NCBI GenBank assembly: GCA_977020255.1 | Contig: CDROCS010000252.1 | Coordinates: 1 to 64,000, forward strand | Source: Obrimoposthia wandeli | Taxonomy: Eukaryota | Direction: 5' to 3' | Length of the DNA stretch: 64,000 nucleotides | In this document: positions 39,193 to 49,432 of the stretch, one piece after another | Layout: the number at the start of each line of letters is the position of its first letter | Numbering within the stretch: the first letter of the stretch is position 1 | Program-made: the position numbers and the translations under genes | Notes under the pieces: model-generated | What the model was told of the DNA's origin: nothing | The model's database searches: none | The model's input: the letters and a program-made list of their open reading frames with translations, nothing else

Positions 39193-40358
39193 TAAAGTCC
39201 AACAGGGTATATAATTTGATCCTGATAGCCCGTTGTCACTTCAATCGTGCCATTAAATGCCTCATCAAGTGCATTATCTCCTGAATCAACAATCAGTGGC
39301 CTGCCTTCCAAAGCACTAATTTTCGCCTTCGTTGAAATGACCCGTATATTTTCTTTGCCTATTAATCTTAATACTTCTGGGCTGAACTGCTGATTACCAC
39401 GACCAATGATATGACCCTGACCACCAATAATACTAATGACGGCACGACTAGAGTAATTATCAAGATAGCTGAGGATATCAACTTCACTGACATCATTTTT
39501 TAGCAGTTGATGATTCAATACCGCATCAATACCTAGCAAGGTATTTTCAAGATTTAATTCATCCATTACCGCCAAAGTAGTTTTACCTGAACCGATAAAA
39601 TACAAAATATCGTCTTCCATTCCCTGAACAATATCCGCCGCTATATCTTGTAAAACGAGCTCTTCGACCTCAATACCACCTTGCTTCACACTCTGTATAA
39701 ATTGCCCTGCCTGCGGTACCCGCATTTCACCATATAATTTGGCCCGCACGATGTTATTACGAAAAGCATCTTCATCAATGTCACGCACGTCATGGGCTTT
39801 AACATCTATCAATTTACCATTCGCTAACTGAGCGATCACTTCGCCTGCCGCTTTTGGGGTGACTGCATAAACGGCAGAGTGAATTTTCACACCCGCAGGT
39901 ATTCCTAATACGGGGATTTCATCACTCACCACACTGCAAATATCACGCGCAGTACCATCACCGCCCGCAAACAAGATAATATCAACTCTCTTATTTAATA
40001 ATTGTTTCGCTGCCGCGCATGTATCTTTCGCCGACGTCTCTTCAATTATGCCTTGAGTCGCGCCTTGGCTAGACCCCTCAGGCTCAGAAAGACTAGTTAA
40101 GATTTCATATTGAAACCCCAATTCTTTAACCAAATCTTCGCCCATAGAGTGTGGGCAAGTAATTATTTTCACTTTATGTTTAATTTCAAACAGCACTTCT
40201 AACGCTAAACGCGTTCGGAGTGCTGACTGGCATTGAGCGCCTCTAGAAAATGCTTCTTTCACTATTTCTGGACCATCACTGCCTTTTAATCCTACGCGAC
40301 CACCAATGCCTGCAAGTGGGTTAATAATTAAACCTAGAGTTAACACAACAATCTCCAA
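39192..40358 (-). CDS. ATP-NAD kinase family protein
   Basis: INPLAGIGGRVGLKGSDG, GGDGTARD, PAGVKIHS, GGQGHIIGRGNQQ; TAATG overlap with the nuclease start. Confidence 0.85.
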   Translation of the reverse strand: MEIVVLTLGLIINPLAGIGGRVGLKGSDGPEIVKEAFSRGAQCQSALRTRLALEVLFEIKHKVKIITCPHSMGEDLVKELGFQYEILTSLSEPEGSSQGATQGIIEETSAKDTCAAAKQLLNKRVDIILFAGGDGTARDICSVVSDEIPVLGIPAGVKIHSAVYAVTPKAAGEVIAQLANGKLIDVKAHDVRDIDEDAFRNNIVRAKLYGEMRVPQAGQFIQSVKQGGIEVEELVLQDIAADIVQGMEDDILYFIGSGKTTLAVMDELNLENTLLGIDAVLNHQLLKNDVSEVDILSYLDNYSSRAVISIIGGQGHIIGRGNQQFSPEVLRLIGKENIRVISTKAKISALEGRPLIVDSGDNALDEAFNGTIEVTTGYQDQIIYPVGL

Positions 40359-40370
40359 ACTGTTTCTAAT

Positions 40371-41372
40371 TTATAGCCAATCAGCTATTTTTATTCCAAC
40401 ACCAATACGTTCTTGATATTGATTATAATCGATTAAGCTTTCACCATAACCATTAAAATACTGTACAAAGCCTTTCAGCTTACCGGGCAATGGAAAAGTC
40501 CAATCTAGCTCAAACGCCCCTTTATTATCATCAAAATTTAAATTATTGCGCACCGTCACCGCCAAACTATGCTCCCCAAACTTTCTTAAATAAAATACAT
40601 CACCATGACCTAGATAATCGTCGATATCAGGATTGTCGTTATCACTAGGATCACCAGGGTCAGCTTTGGATGTCTCAGGCATGCGATACCAAGCTCGTAC
40701 ATTTAAAATTCTGTTAGGCCAAACTTTAGCCGTAGACATAATTATGCGATTCCAACTTCTCGATAGATTACCCACTTGCCCATTAGATTGATGATTGAAT
40801 GCCAGCGTCATATGATCGCTCCACTGAACATTTGGCTTAAACCCAAGAATGATTTCCGGCTCATGGTTGGTTTCACGAAATATTGCAGATACGCTCTTAT
40901 TATACGATTGCCAAAATGATTTGTTGGTATAAGCAACGGCAAGTGTACTGAATTTTCCTAGAATATTTTCTGCGACTATGTATTTCACACTTAGCTGGAA
41001 AACAAATTCATAATGTTCGAAGTTAGCATTGCCATACTCTGACTCTTCATCCGTAGCCAAGCCACGATAAAATTCTTCTTGTTCTTCTTGGTTGATTTCA
41101 GACTGGTAAGTAAACGGCATAAAATAATTAGGTTTATGTGGCAACAATACATAGGGATTATTTTCAGCAAGTCGCTCTGCTTGTATTTTTTCTATCAAAC
41201 CAGGATATTGATGCATAGATTCACTGAACTCATCACTAGCGATAACATCAAACATTTTAGATTCCGTTCTGATAGTATCATCAATAGTTTCAGCGTCTTC
41301 GACAACCTCCTGAGCAAATACCCCAGTACTGAAAGTCAAGATACTGGCAATAAGCCACAATTGTTGAAACAT
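40371..41372 (-). CDS. pldA: Outer membrane phospholipase A
   Basis: KPNYF, FQLSVK, YTNKSFWQ, FRETNHEPE, NHQSNG (catalytic His/Ser), SRSWNR, QYFNGYGESLIDYN. Confidence 0.93.
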   Translation of the reverse strand: MFQQLWLIASILTFSTGVFAQEVVEDAETIDDTIRTESKMFDVIASDEFSESMHQYPGLIEKIQAERLAENNPYVLLPHKPNYFMPFTYQSEINQEEQEEFYRGLATDEESEYGNANFEHYEFVFQLSVKYIVAENILGKFSTLAVAYTNKSFWQSYNKSVSAIFRETNHEPEIILGFKPNVQWSDHMTLAFNHQSNGQVGNLSRSWNRIIMSTAKVWPNRILNVRAWYRMPETSKADPGDPSDNDNPDIDDYLGHGDVFYLRKFGEHSLAVTVRNNLNFDDNKGAFELDWTFPLPGKLKGFVQYFNGYGESLIDYNQYQERIGVGIKIADWL

Positions 41373-41575
41373 CTAGCTTCCCTCCAAATATATTTATAGT
41401 GTTAGTATTTTCAGCATCGAACTCTAATAGTAAGTATATCTACTAATCCGGTAATAAATATTAATTTTCACCTCATATTTTTTATTCTAGCCAACTATCA
41501 AGCTCTTCAAATAGAGAATAAATTGCTACAATACCGACAAATTATAATAACATCACAGATATAGGCATATATTTA

Positions 41576-42148
41576 ATGCATCGCACCATGTTTGACACCC
41601 CTATTTTGAAAACATTGCTACGTTGGCTCTCAATTATCACATTGAGGCTTTTAGGTTGGAAAGTAGAAGGGCAGATCCCTCGTGATTTGAAAAAATGCGT
41701 CATGATCGCAGCCCCCCATACCAGCAACTGGGACTTACCCTACACATTGATGACTGCATTTGCGTTAAACGCTAAAGTTTATTGGATGGGGAAAGAAGAA
41801 ATATTCAAGCCACCCTATCGTGGAATAATGATGTGGATGGGCGGAATCCCTGTTGACCGTAAAAAATCAAACAACATGGTACAAGCCTCTATAGAGGCCC
41901 TCAAAGGCAATGATCAATTGTTTTTGATCGTTCCACCCGAAGGGACTCGCCGTAAAGTTACTTATTGGAAAACAGGCTTCTATCATATTGCTCAAGGAGC
42001 CGGAGTTCCAATTCTTATGGGCTTCTTAGATTTTGAACGCAAGACTAGTGGTATTGCTGATACCTATATAACGACGGGAGACATAGAGGTTGATATGAAA
42101 CACATCAAATCAATCTACGCACCGATAAAAGGTAAGATAGAAGAATAA
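41576..42148 (+). CDS. Lysophospholipid acyltransferase family (PlsC-like)
   Basis: APHTSNWD (HX4D), GGIPVDR, PPEGTR, WKTGFYHIA. Confidence 0.9.
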   Translation: MHRTMFDTPILKTLLRWLSIITLRLLGWKVEGQIPRDLKKCVMIAAPHTSNWDLPYTLMTAFALNAKVYWMGKEEIFKPPYRGIMMWMGGIPVDRKKSNNMVQASIEALKGNDQLFLIVPPEGTRRKVTYWKTGFYHIAQGAGVPILMGFLDFERKTSGIADTYITTGDIEVDMKHIKSIYAPIKGKIEE

Positions 42149-42194
42149 TTTCATCAGAAACAATAATAAACACCCATAACGATTGATAAGTATC

Positions 42195-42223
42195 AAAGCC
42201 TCGTATCCATTGAGGCTTTTTTT
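42195..42223 (+). terminator. Intrinsic terminator
   Basis: AAAGCCTC-GTATCCATT-GAGGCTTTTTTT. Confidence 0.75.
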
Positions 42224-42347
42224 GCCCCTCGATAATCCCCCTTACCACTCCGCCCTGCTAATGTGACCTGAACTCATATCTTCAAAATTTGCTTTAACTT
42301 ATTCATGTCTATACTAAATGAACATAACAATTAAATGAAAGCCATTA

Positions 42348-43661
42348 ATGAGTAAAGGACGCTTAAATATGCCTGATGACAAAGATATTATTGGGCCTAT
42401 TGATCCTCAAAAAAGAGACACGTTCACAACCATCGCAAAAACAGCTCTATCCGGCTGTATCGCGGCTAAAGCACCCTACGTATTCGCCCGTACTAAAACC
42501 AAAATCAGAGTGCTCGGAACGCACGTTACATTGCAAGAAGAACTGCGCCAAAAAGCCATGGCGGACCTAGGTATCGAACTGGAGTTCGAACCCAAAGGCA
42601 GTGCCGCCGTATTACAAAAAGCTTCGATGTCACCTGGGTCTTTTGATCTGTACGAGCAATGGTCAAATAGTATCAATGTACTTTGGCGTTCAGGTTCAAT
42701 ACAAGCCATTGAGAAAAAGCGCATAAAGCACTGGGATGAAATCAATAACCTAACAAAAACTGGACGTTTAACCGCGACCGCGAAACTAGGTGCGGGTGAT
42801 GCTCCCTATAAAATATTACATGTACAAGACAATGATGAACTAGGTCTAAATCATACCGATCGGGTGAGCTTTTTACCCTACGTCCACAATGTCGACTCCT
42901 TTGGCTACAACACGGATATTATTCCCCAAGGTAAACCTTATGAAACAGAAAGCTGGGGCTGGCTACTGGACGAACGCTATGCGGGCAAGGTAGGCATTGT
43001 AAATGCACCCACTATCGGTTTATTTGATTTGGCCTTAGCCGCACAAGCGAGAGGTTTAATGGCCTTCAACGACATTGGCGCCATGACAAAAAAAGAACTG
43101 GATACTTTATTTGATATTCTAATTGGTATGAAAAAGCGCGGACACTTTAGTGGTTTCTGGACTTCTGTTCCCGAATCAGTTGATTTTATGGCCAATAAAC
43201 GTGTTGTCATTGAAAGTATGTTTTCTCCAGCAGTCTCTGCCTTAAATGGTAAGAATATTCCAGTGACCTATGCAGCCCCCAAAGAAGGCTATCGAGGCTG
43301 GCATGGAGTGATGTGCTTATCCTCAGCGACACAGGGGCGACAAAAAGACGCTGCCTATGAATATATGAATTGGTGGCTATCTGGCTGGCCTGGTGCCTTC
43401 ATTGCACGCCAGGGGTATTATATTTCTAACCCACAGCGGTCAAAACTAGAATTAACTCAGGCAGAGTGGGATTATTGGTATCAAGGAAAAGCAGCACCTG
43501 AAGCCCTAAGAGGAACCGATGGTCGAGTATCGGTTCAGCAGGGCGATATTCGTAGAGGAGGTAGTTATGAGAAACGATTCAGTAATGTGGCTGTTTGGAA
43601 TACAGTTATGCCAACTTACGAATACAGCCTACAAAAATGGTATGAATTCATCAGTGCATAA
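42348..43661 (+). CDS. PotD/PotF-like periplasmic substrate-binding protein, possible Tat substrate
   Basis: LRQKAMADLGI.LEF, HNVDSFGYN, SWGWLLD, PKEGYRGW, AAYEYMNWWL; N-terminal QKRDTF. Confidence 0.78.
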   Translation: MSKGRLNMPDDKDIIGPIDPQKRDTFTTIAKTALSGCIAAKAPYVFARTKTKIRVLGTHVTLQEELRQKAMADLGIELEFEPKGSAAVLQKASMSPGSFDLYEQWSNSINVLWRSGSIQAIEKKRIKHWDEINNLTKTGRLTATAKLGAGDAPYKILHVQDNDELGLNHTDRVSFLPYVHNVDSFGYNTDIIPQGKPYETESWGWLLDERYAGKVGIVNAPTIGLFDLALAAQARGLMAFNDIGAMTKKELDTLFDILIGMKKRGHFSGFWTSVPESVDFMANKRVVIESMFSPAVSALNGKNIPVTYAAPKEGYRGWHGVMCLSSATQGRQKDAAYEYMNWWLSGWPGAFIARQGYYISNPQRSKLELTQAEWDYWYQGKAAPEALRGTDGRVSVQQGDIRRGGSYEKRFSNVAVWNTVMPTYEYSLQKWYEFISA

Positions 43662-43667
43662 GTAGGG

Positions 43668-46385
43668 TTGATTTTTATGCTTCATTCATTAAAAAACCAA
43701 ATATTTTTGGTATTGGCCGCGCTGATCTCAATTCTAGTGCTGCAAGTATTTTTTACGCACACGACGCAAAAAATGCTGATTAAAAGCCAGAAAACAATTA
43801 ATCACTCTTATGAAAATGTTGCTTTGGTTTATGAATTAGAACGTGATGTTATCGACTTACAACGTCATTTATTAATTCATAAAGAAACGGCCAGTACCGC
43901 ATCGATTGCTCGTTTTTATGAATTAATGTTACAAGTGAAAGAAAAGCTCGCACTCTTTGATAACGATGTACAAATAACATCAAGTATCGCTACAGAGATG
44001 GGTTTATTATCACGCATGCGTGGTCATTTAAGTGACTACGAAGAGAATTTTCCCAATGTAATTGATTGGAGAAACCAGCGTAAGCTTATTTTCAAGGATA
44101 ACATCCGGAAAAAATTCAATCAGCTACAGCAATTAATCATACAGTATGAAAGCTCAAAAATAAGTTTGAAAGATACAGAAACTTTAGCGATGAAATATCA
44201 TCTGGTACTGGCACAGAAATTCATTAATCAATACTTAGCCTCTCCCGACTCCGAATACAGCAGCCAAATCAATCAACAGCTCGCAAGTATACGAACGGCT
44301 ATTCCAGCCGAATTTAATGAACAACAGCAAGCGAATACATTAGTCAAAGCGCTAAAAAAAGATTTTTTTCGTTTAAGTCAAATAACAAGGGGTTATGTTT
44401 ATCTCGTTAATGTTGTGATGGCTGGCTCTGCCAATGAATTTTTATATTTAACTAAAAAATTACGTGAAACAGTATTGGATGAACAACAGATTTTAAATAA
44501 AAAGTCTAAAACCGATTCAACGCAAGCACAAATAAAAATGGGCATCGTAGCCTTAATTAGCATCATAATCACGTTATTAGTAGCCCTATTTCTATTCGGA
44601 AGAATGATTAAGCCGATCCGTAGAATTACGAATGTATTTAAAAAATTGGCAAAAGGGGAAGATATTATAGAAATACCCGGTATTAATCGTAAAGATGAAA
44701 TAGGTAATCTTGCAAAATCAGCCAATGTTTTCCATGATAAAAATAAACAAACTTCAGAATTATTATCTTCAGCTCAACATATGAATAGCGTGCAAATATC
44801 CTTAAACAAAGAACTAAAAATTGCAAAGCAGAGAGCTGAGCTAGCAGCAGAAAGTAAAAGCATGTTTTTAGCCAATATGAGTCATGAAATTCGCACACCA
44901 ATGAATGGCATCATAGGCCTAATTGAACTCACTCGCAATACGGAATTAACCGAGCAACAAGCTCATCATTTGAAAATGGCCGCCTATTCTGGTCGGGTTA
45001 TGATGAATGTTATTAATGATATTTTAGATTTTTCAAAGATTGAAGCCGGAAAAATGGAGATTGAATCCATTGAGTTTAATATCAATGAATTAATTGAGAA
45101 CTTAATTTCTGTTGTATCTTCAGATATAGAAGAGGAGAAGAAAATAAATTTTCGTATCCATACCTCTCCTTCACTACCTAAATTCCTCTACGGTGATCCA
45201 TTACGTATCAGCCAGATATTATTAAATTTATGTAACAATGCAATTAAATTTACTCAACAAGGCTTCGTTGAAATATCTATCGATTTTAAATCTACGGAAC
45301 AAGATTATTTATTAATTGAAGTCTCTGATACAGGCATTGGCATGAGCCAAGCACAAGTAGGAATGATATTTAATTCATTCACCCAAGCAGACGGCTCGAC
45401 CAGTCGCCAATATGGAGGAACGGGCTTAGGTCTGACGATTGTGAAAGAATTAAGCCTATTGATGAACGGGGATGTATCTGTAAGTTCTATTGAAGGCCAA
45501 GGTAGTCAATTTAATGTTTCCATTCAAACCAAGACAACTCGCGAAACCAAAGCCATTGAAATGTTCGATTATAACGGTGATGTTTTTTACTTAGCAGCTG
45601 CTACTCCTTACCTAAATAGTCTCAATGTTCAGAGTTTAAATATTTTCTCTCGAATAATTACAAGAGAAGATCTTTTTACGTTAACGGAAAAGATTCAGCA
45701 GCGAAATCCTCAAGATCCCAGCCTTCAAAAACCAATGCTTCTTATTGATACTTCCCACCTTGCCTATTTAGATGAGAACCCTGATTTATTAAGGCATATT
45801 AAAGAGTTTCCGTTTCAAGTAGGACTGGTAACCGATAGTAAGTTTGCTGGATCTTGCACATCCTTAAAAAATAAGCTTCAGGCAGAAGTTTTGTCACACC
45901 CCTATACTCCCAATCAATATCACGAATTCTTTGCTTCATTAAGTGGGCAAAACAGCGTGTCTGAAATCAAATCTCATAAACATAAAAAGCACCAATTTGA
46001 AGGACATATTTTAATCGTAGAGGATAATGAGATTAATCAAATTGTTGCAGAATCTATGCTAGATCAACTAGGTTTGAGCAGTGAAATTGCTGAAAATGGT
46101 CAGCAAGCGGTAGAGAAAATAATGCAAAACCGAGCATACGACCTAATTTTAATGGATGTTCAAATGCCAATTATGGGAGGATATGAAGCCACTAAGATCA
46201 TTAGAGAAGCGGGGTTTAACGATCTAGTTATTTGTGGTTTATCAGCAAATGCAATGAAGGATGACTTCGAGCGGGCAAAAGAGTCCGGAATGAGTGATTA
46301 TTTAACCAAACCGATTGAGCCTGAAGCCTTACATAAAGTATTAGAGAAGTACCTTAAACTCAATACAAACCAGAGTAAGCACTGA
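43668..46385 (+). CDS. Hybrid sensor histidine kinase (periplasmic helical domain-HAMP-HisKA-HATPase-degenerate REC-REC)
   Basis: [49 protein letters not shown]. Confidence 0.94.
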   Translation: MIFMLHSLKNQIFLVLAALISILVLQVFFTHTTQKMLIKSQKTINHSYENVALVYELERDVIDLQRHLLIHKETASTASIARFYELMLQVKEKLALFDNDVQITSSIATEMGLLSRMRGHLSDYEENFPNVIDWRNQRKLIFKDNIRKKFNQLQQLIIQYESSKISLKDTETLAMKYHLVLAQKFINQYLASPDSEYSSQINQQLASIRTAIPAEFNEQQQANTLVKALKKDFFRLSQITRGYVYLVNVVMAGSANEFLYLTKKLRETVLDEQQILNKKSKTDSTQAQIKMGIVALISIIITLLVALFLFGRMIKPIRRITNVFKKLAKGEDIIEIPGINRKDEIGNLAKSANVFHDKNKQTSELLSSAQHMNSVQISLNKELKIAKQRAELAAESKSMFLANMSHEIRTPMNGIIGLIELTRNTELTEQQAHHLKMAAYSGRVMMNVINDILDFSKIEAGKMEIESIEFNINELIENLISVVSSDIEEEKKINFRIHTSPSLPKFLYGDPLRISQILLNLCNNAIKFTQQGFVEISIDFKSTEQDYLLIEVSDTGIGMSQAQVGMIFNSFTQADGSTSRQYGGTGLGLTIVKELSLLMNGDVSVSSIEGQGSQFNVSIQTKTTRETKAIEMFDYNGDVFYLAAATPYLNSLNVQSLNIFSRIITREDLFTLTEKIQQRNPQDPSLQKPMLLIDTSHLAYLDENPDLLRHIKEFPFQVGLVTDSKFAGSCTSLKNKLQAEVLSHPYTPNQYHEFFASLSGQNSVSEIKSHKHKKHQFEGHILIVEDNEINQIVAESMLDQLGLSSEIAENGQQAVEKIMQNRAYDLILMDVQMPIMGGYEATKIIREAGFNDLVICGLSANAMKDDFERAKESGMSDYLTKPIEPEALHKVLEKYLKLNTNQSKH

Positions 46386-46536
46386 TTGGTATAACTATGC
46401 CTAGTGCATGAGCTTCTAGCAGCTTACTGACCAAAGGCTTCGTATAACGGGTAACTTATAGAATATTCAGAAATACAGTAAAAGTGCTTATATAGGATAA
46501 TTAAGCGCTAATAATTAATATTACTTTTCTTAGAGC

Positions 46537-46571
46537 AAAAAAAAGGCCAGCAATAAGCTGACCATTTTTTT
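46537..46571. terminator. Terminator between kinase and tRNA operon
   Basis: AAAAAAAAGGCCAGC-AATAA-GCTGACCATTTTTTT. Confidence 0.7.
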
Positions 46572-46577
46572 AGAATT

Positions 46578-46603
46578 TGGTTGCGGGGGCCGGATTCGAA
46601 CCA

Positions 46604-46654
<51 letters not shown>
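46578..46654 (-). tRNA. tRNA-fMet (CAT), copy 3
   Basis: CGCGGGG...CCCCGCA-ACCA with C1:A72 mismatch, GGG/CCC anticodon stem, CAT anticodon, TTCGAAT loop. Confidence 0.97.
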
Positions 46655-46719
46655 ACATAAGATAGTTAAAAGCTTATCTTGGCTACTCTAAATAACTTAG
46701 AGATTTTCACGACTTAAAA

Positions 46720-46745
46720 TGGTTGCGGGGGCCGGATTCGAACCA

Positions 46746-46796
<51 letters not shown>
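46720..46796 (-). tRNA. tRNA-fMet (CAT), copy 2
   Basis: Identical 77-nt sequence. Confidence 0.97.
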
Positions 46797-46854
46797 ACAT
46801 CAGATAATTTAAAGCTTATCTAAACTTGCCACCTTTACAGTGCGCATTTTAAGT

Positions 46855-46880
46855 TGGTTGCGGGGGCCGGATTCGAACCA

Positions 46881-46931
<51 letters not shown>
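46855..46931 (-). tRNA. tRNA-fMet (CAT), copy 1
   Basis: Identical 77-nt sequence. Confidence 0.97.
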
Positions 46932-46943
46932 ACAACGAGACGA

Positions 46944-46972
46944 ATAATACGCTCACGACATACTAGTGTCAA
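46944..46972 (-). promoter_or_regulatory. sigma70 promoter of the tRNA-fMet operon
   Basis: Minus strand TTGACA (46967-46972) - 17 nt - TATTAT (46944-46949), 12 nt before the first tRNA. Confidence 0.88.
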
Positions 46973-47066
46973 GCTAACATATTGTTTAACTTATACTTTT
47001 TATCAAATTAGAGACCTGACAGGTGTTTAAGTAAAATATTTGTAGGCAGGGACTAGTCTAGTAATT

Positions 47067-47085
47067 ATGACAATGTTAATGTCAT
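47067..47085. promoter_or_regulatory. Palindrome ATGACA-N7-TGTCAT upstream of AraC gene
   Basis: ATGACAATGTTAATGTCAT; same arms and spacing as 63289-63307. Confidence 0.6.
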
Positions 47086-47136
47086 ATCAGAGTCTGAAAA
47101 AGACAATAAAAAAATAATTATAAAAACAGTCAAACC

Positions 47137-48174
47137 ATGCCTATCAGTCTACAGCAAACCATGACAGCAAGCGCTGTTCTGCCGCTATTGCGGTTTATTA
47201 AAGATTATGACATTCCTTTGAATGACATATTACAAGATACATTTCTAAGCGAAAACAAGCTTAAGAATGATCGCCTTCCTATTTCGAGCTTTGACCAGCT
47301 AATAAACAACGTCGCCCGCTTAACATTAAGGGATGATATTGGTTTTATTGCAGGCCAATCATTAGAGCTAGAATCATTCAGTTTACTCGGTTTTTTACTG
47401 AGTAGCTGCAGTACTGGCAGAGATGCTCTCGTAACTATGCGCCGGTATTACATGTTACTGAGTGATAGCCCCGCGCCTGAAATTTTTACCACCAAAAATG
47501 AAATAAAAATCATTTACCACATATCTGATGGCAATGAACTAGCAATGCGAGCTCGCTCGGAGTTAATAGCAACCAGCATTCACTTACTAGGCCGCTCTTT
47601 AGCCGGAAACCTCTATCAGCCCCTCAAAATGGGATTCAAGCATAATAAGCCCAAGTATCACACTCAATTGGCTGATTTTTTTGCCATCGACATTTCATAC
47701 AACCAAGCAGAATGCTGGATCAGCTTTGCTGCAGAGCACGTTGACCAACCCTTGCAGCATTCAAATCCGGACCTATTCCATGCTCTGCGCACGCAAGCTG
47801 AAAATTTGTTAGAAGGCTATCAGACACTGGATAGTACGCGTTCAAGAGTGCGCCACGTTTTACTGCAATGGCCCAACCAGAATGCTGCGAATAAAGAAGC
47901 CGTCGCTGAATTGCTGAATACAAGCCCACGCACCCTCACGCGTCGACTGCAAGAGGAGAACACACAGTTTTCTCATTTGCTAAGAGATGTTCGAATGGAG
48001 AAGGCCCAATTACAATTAAAGAATCATGCTGTCGATATGCAGGATCTGGCACATCAACTAGGATTTGCTGATCGCCGTGGGTTTGAAAGGGCATTTAAGC
48101 AATGGTGTGGACAAACACCCTCGGCCTATCATAAGAATTGGAAGGTGAAGTGTCACCAACCAGAAGAAGCATAA
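47137..48174 (+). CDS. AraC family regulator (OruR-like N-terminal domain)
   Basis: LLGFLLSSC, VAELLNTSPRTLTRRLQEE, LAHQLGFAD..GF.RAFKQWCGQTPS. Confidence 0.92.
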   Translation: MPISLQQTMTASAVLPLLRFIKDYDIPLNDILQDTFLSENKLKNDRLPISSFDQLINNVARLTLRDDIGFIAGQSLELESFSLLGFLLSSCSTGRDALVTMRRYYMLLSDSPAPEIFTTKNEIKIIYHISDGNELAMRARSELIATSIHLLGRSLAGNLYQPLKMGFKHNKPKYHTQLADFFAIDISYNQAECWISFAAEHVDQPLQHSNPDLFHALRTQAENLLEGYQTLDSTRSRVRHVLLQWPNQNAANKEAVAELLNTSPRTLTRRLQEENTQFSHLLRDVRMEKAQLQLKNHAVDMQDLAHQLGFADRRGFERAFKQWCGQTPSAYHKNWKVKCHQPEEA

Positions 48175-48178
48175 TTAA

Positions 48179-48634
48179 TTACCAATCATTCATAGATAAG
48201 ACAGCACGTGCTGTCTTCATCTTTTCATTTTCTTCTAAAACAACAAGATTATTAAATAATTGGCGGGCATCATCGGTCGAAGCCTCACTCGACATGTGTC
48301 GATATAAGCTAATTAACGAGTCATCTACTTTCAACGCTAAATTTACCAGTTCCTGCACGCTAATGTCAGGATGACACTCTTTACACCCATCTAATACATT
48401 CGCAATCGAAGTTAACTCCGTTTGATGCCATTCATCTAGAATACGCTCACTGACATCCTGTTGAACTTTGGCCAAGGTTTGAGCGAGCTCTTCTTCATGC
48501 TTGCTAAGAAATTTAAGCAACATATCAATGCGCTCACGCTGAGTTTGATCTCTCAGCTGCTCGTACAAGATAGCAGCATTTTTATGAATATCTTGACTGA
48601 GTTGAAGTACATCGCGGACTGTTTTAAAACTCAT
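48179..48634 (-). CDS. Small ferritin/rubrerythrin-like helical protein
   Basis: All-helical pattern; H..AA.LY, HEEEL, LY..M, EENEK carboxylate-rich helices. Confidence 0.55.
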   Translation of the reverse strand: MSFKTVRDVLQLSQDIHKNAAILYEQLRDQTQRERIDMLLKFLSKHEEELAQTLAKVQQDVSERILDEWHQTELTSIANVLDGCKECHPDISVQELVNLALKVDDSLISLYRHMSSEASTDDARQLFNNLVVLEENEKMKTARAVLSMNDW

Positions 48635-48751
48635 AATGACACCTATTCGAAATACATTTCTGCCTATGCAGAAAGCTTCACTGTTAGCGAAGCTAGTAGA
48701 TAGTTAACTTCTTATAGATTAACTATAGCTTCTGCCCACGTATTACCAAGG

Positions 48752-49408
48752 CTAAATTGCCTTATTGTAACGATAGATCGATACCGCTAAATCTTGATCA
48801 AAATCCTCAAGCTTTGGCAATGTACTAACAAGGTACTGGTCCACTGCAATAAGGGAAGACCACGGCGGAAGTTGATATTGTGTTTCTGCAACCAGCCAAC
48901 TAGGTATATTGGCGCACTGGCTTGCCAGATCACCCGCACTGGTTAGATCATATAAAATATCCGCGGCTAAAAGGCAGTCTAAGTCAGAAGAATCCCCTGT
49001 CCACCGCTCTAATGTATTAATCTCTACGCCATTGCGCAGAGCATTATGTTTAGCCGCAATCAGTGCCAGGGGATCAGTATCGCAGCACACAACTGATTTC
49101 GCCCCTGCTTTAGCCGCCGCAATACCGACCAACCCTGATCCACAACCAAAATCTAATACTCTCTTACCCTGAACAAGTTCAGGATTCGTCAAGATATAGT
49201 GAGCCAATCCCTGACCGGCAGCCCACGCAAATGCCCAATACGGTAATTGCTGCCAAAATTGCCCTATCTGCTGACTATCCAGCGTAAGACTTTCGGCACT
49301 CAAAGCTAATAATAAAAGTTCAATCTTTTCATGATCGTAATTGAGCGACTGCCATTCCAATTCTGCACTGGGTAACAAATTAGCCAGCTGCACAGCTAAG
49401 CTATTCAT
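48752..49408 (-). CDS. Class I SAM-dependent protein methyltransferase (METTL20/PrmA-like)
   Basis: [39 protein letters not shown]. Confidence 0.85.
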   Translation of the reverse strand: MNSLAVQLANLLPSAELEWQSLNYDHEKIELLLLALSAESLTLDSQQIGQFWQQLPYWAFAWAAGQGLAHYILTNPELVQGKRVLDFGCGSGLVGIAAAKAGAKSVVCCDTDPLALIAAKHNALRNGVEINTLERWTGDSSDLDCLLAADILYDLTSAGDLASQCANIPSWLVAETQYQLPPWSSLIAVDQYLVSTLPKLEDFDQDLAVSIYRYNKAI

Positions 49409-49432
49409 AAGAGGCTAGTCGTAAGAGCTTAT

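Noticed and set aside
42348-46577. Genomic island integrated at the tRNA-fMet 3' end
   Set aside because: No integrase and no duplicated tRNA 3' fragment (att site) found in the window
46578-46931. Three identical 77-bp repeats with 65- and 58-nt unique spacers, superficially CRISPR-like
   Set aside because: Repeats are complete initiator tRNA-Met genes with CCA ends and a canonical promoter; no cas genes; tandem fMet triplets are known (E. coli metZWV)
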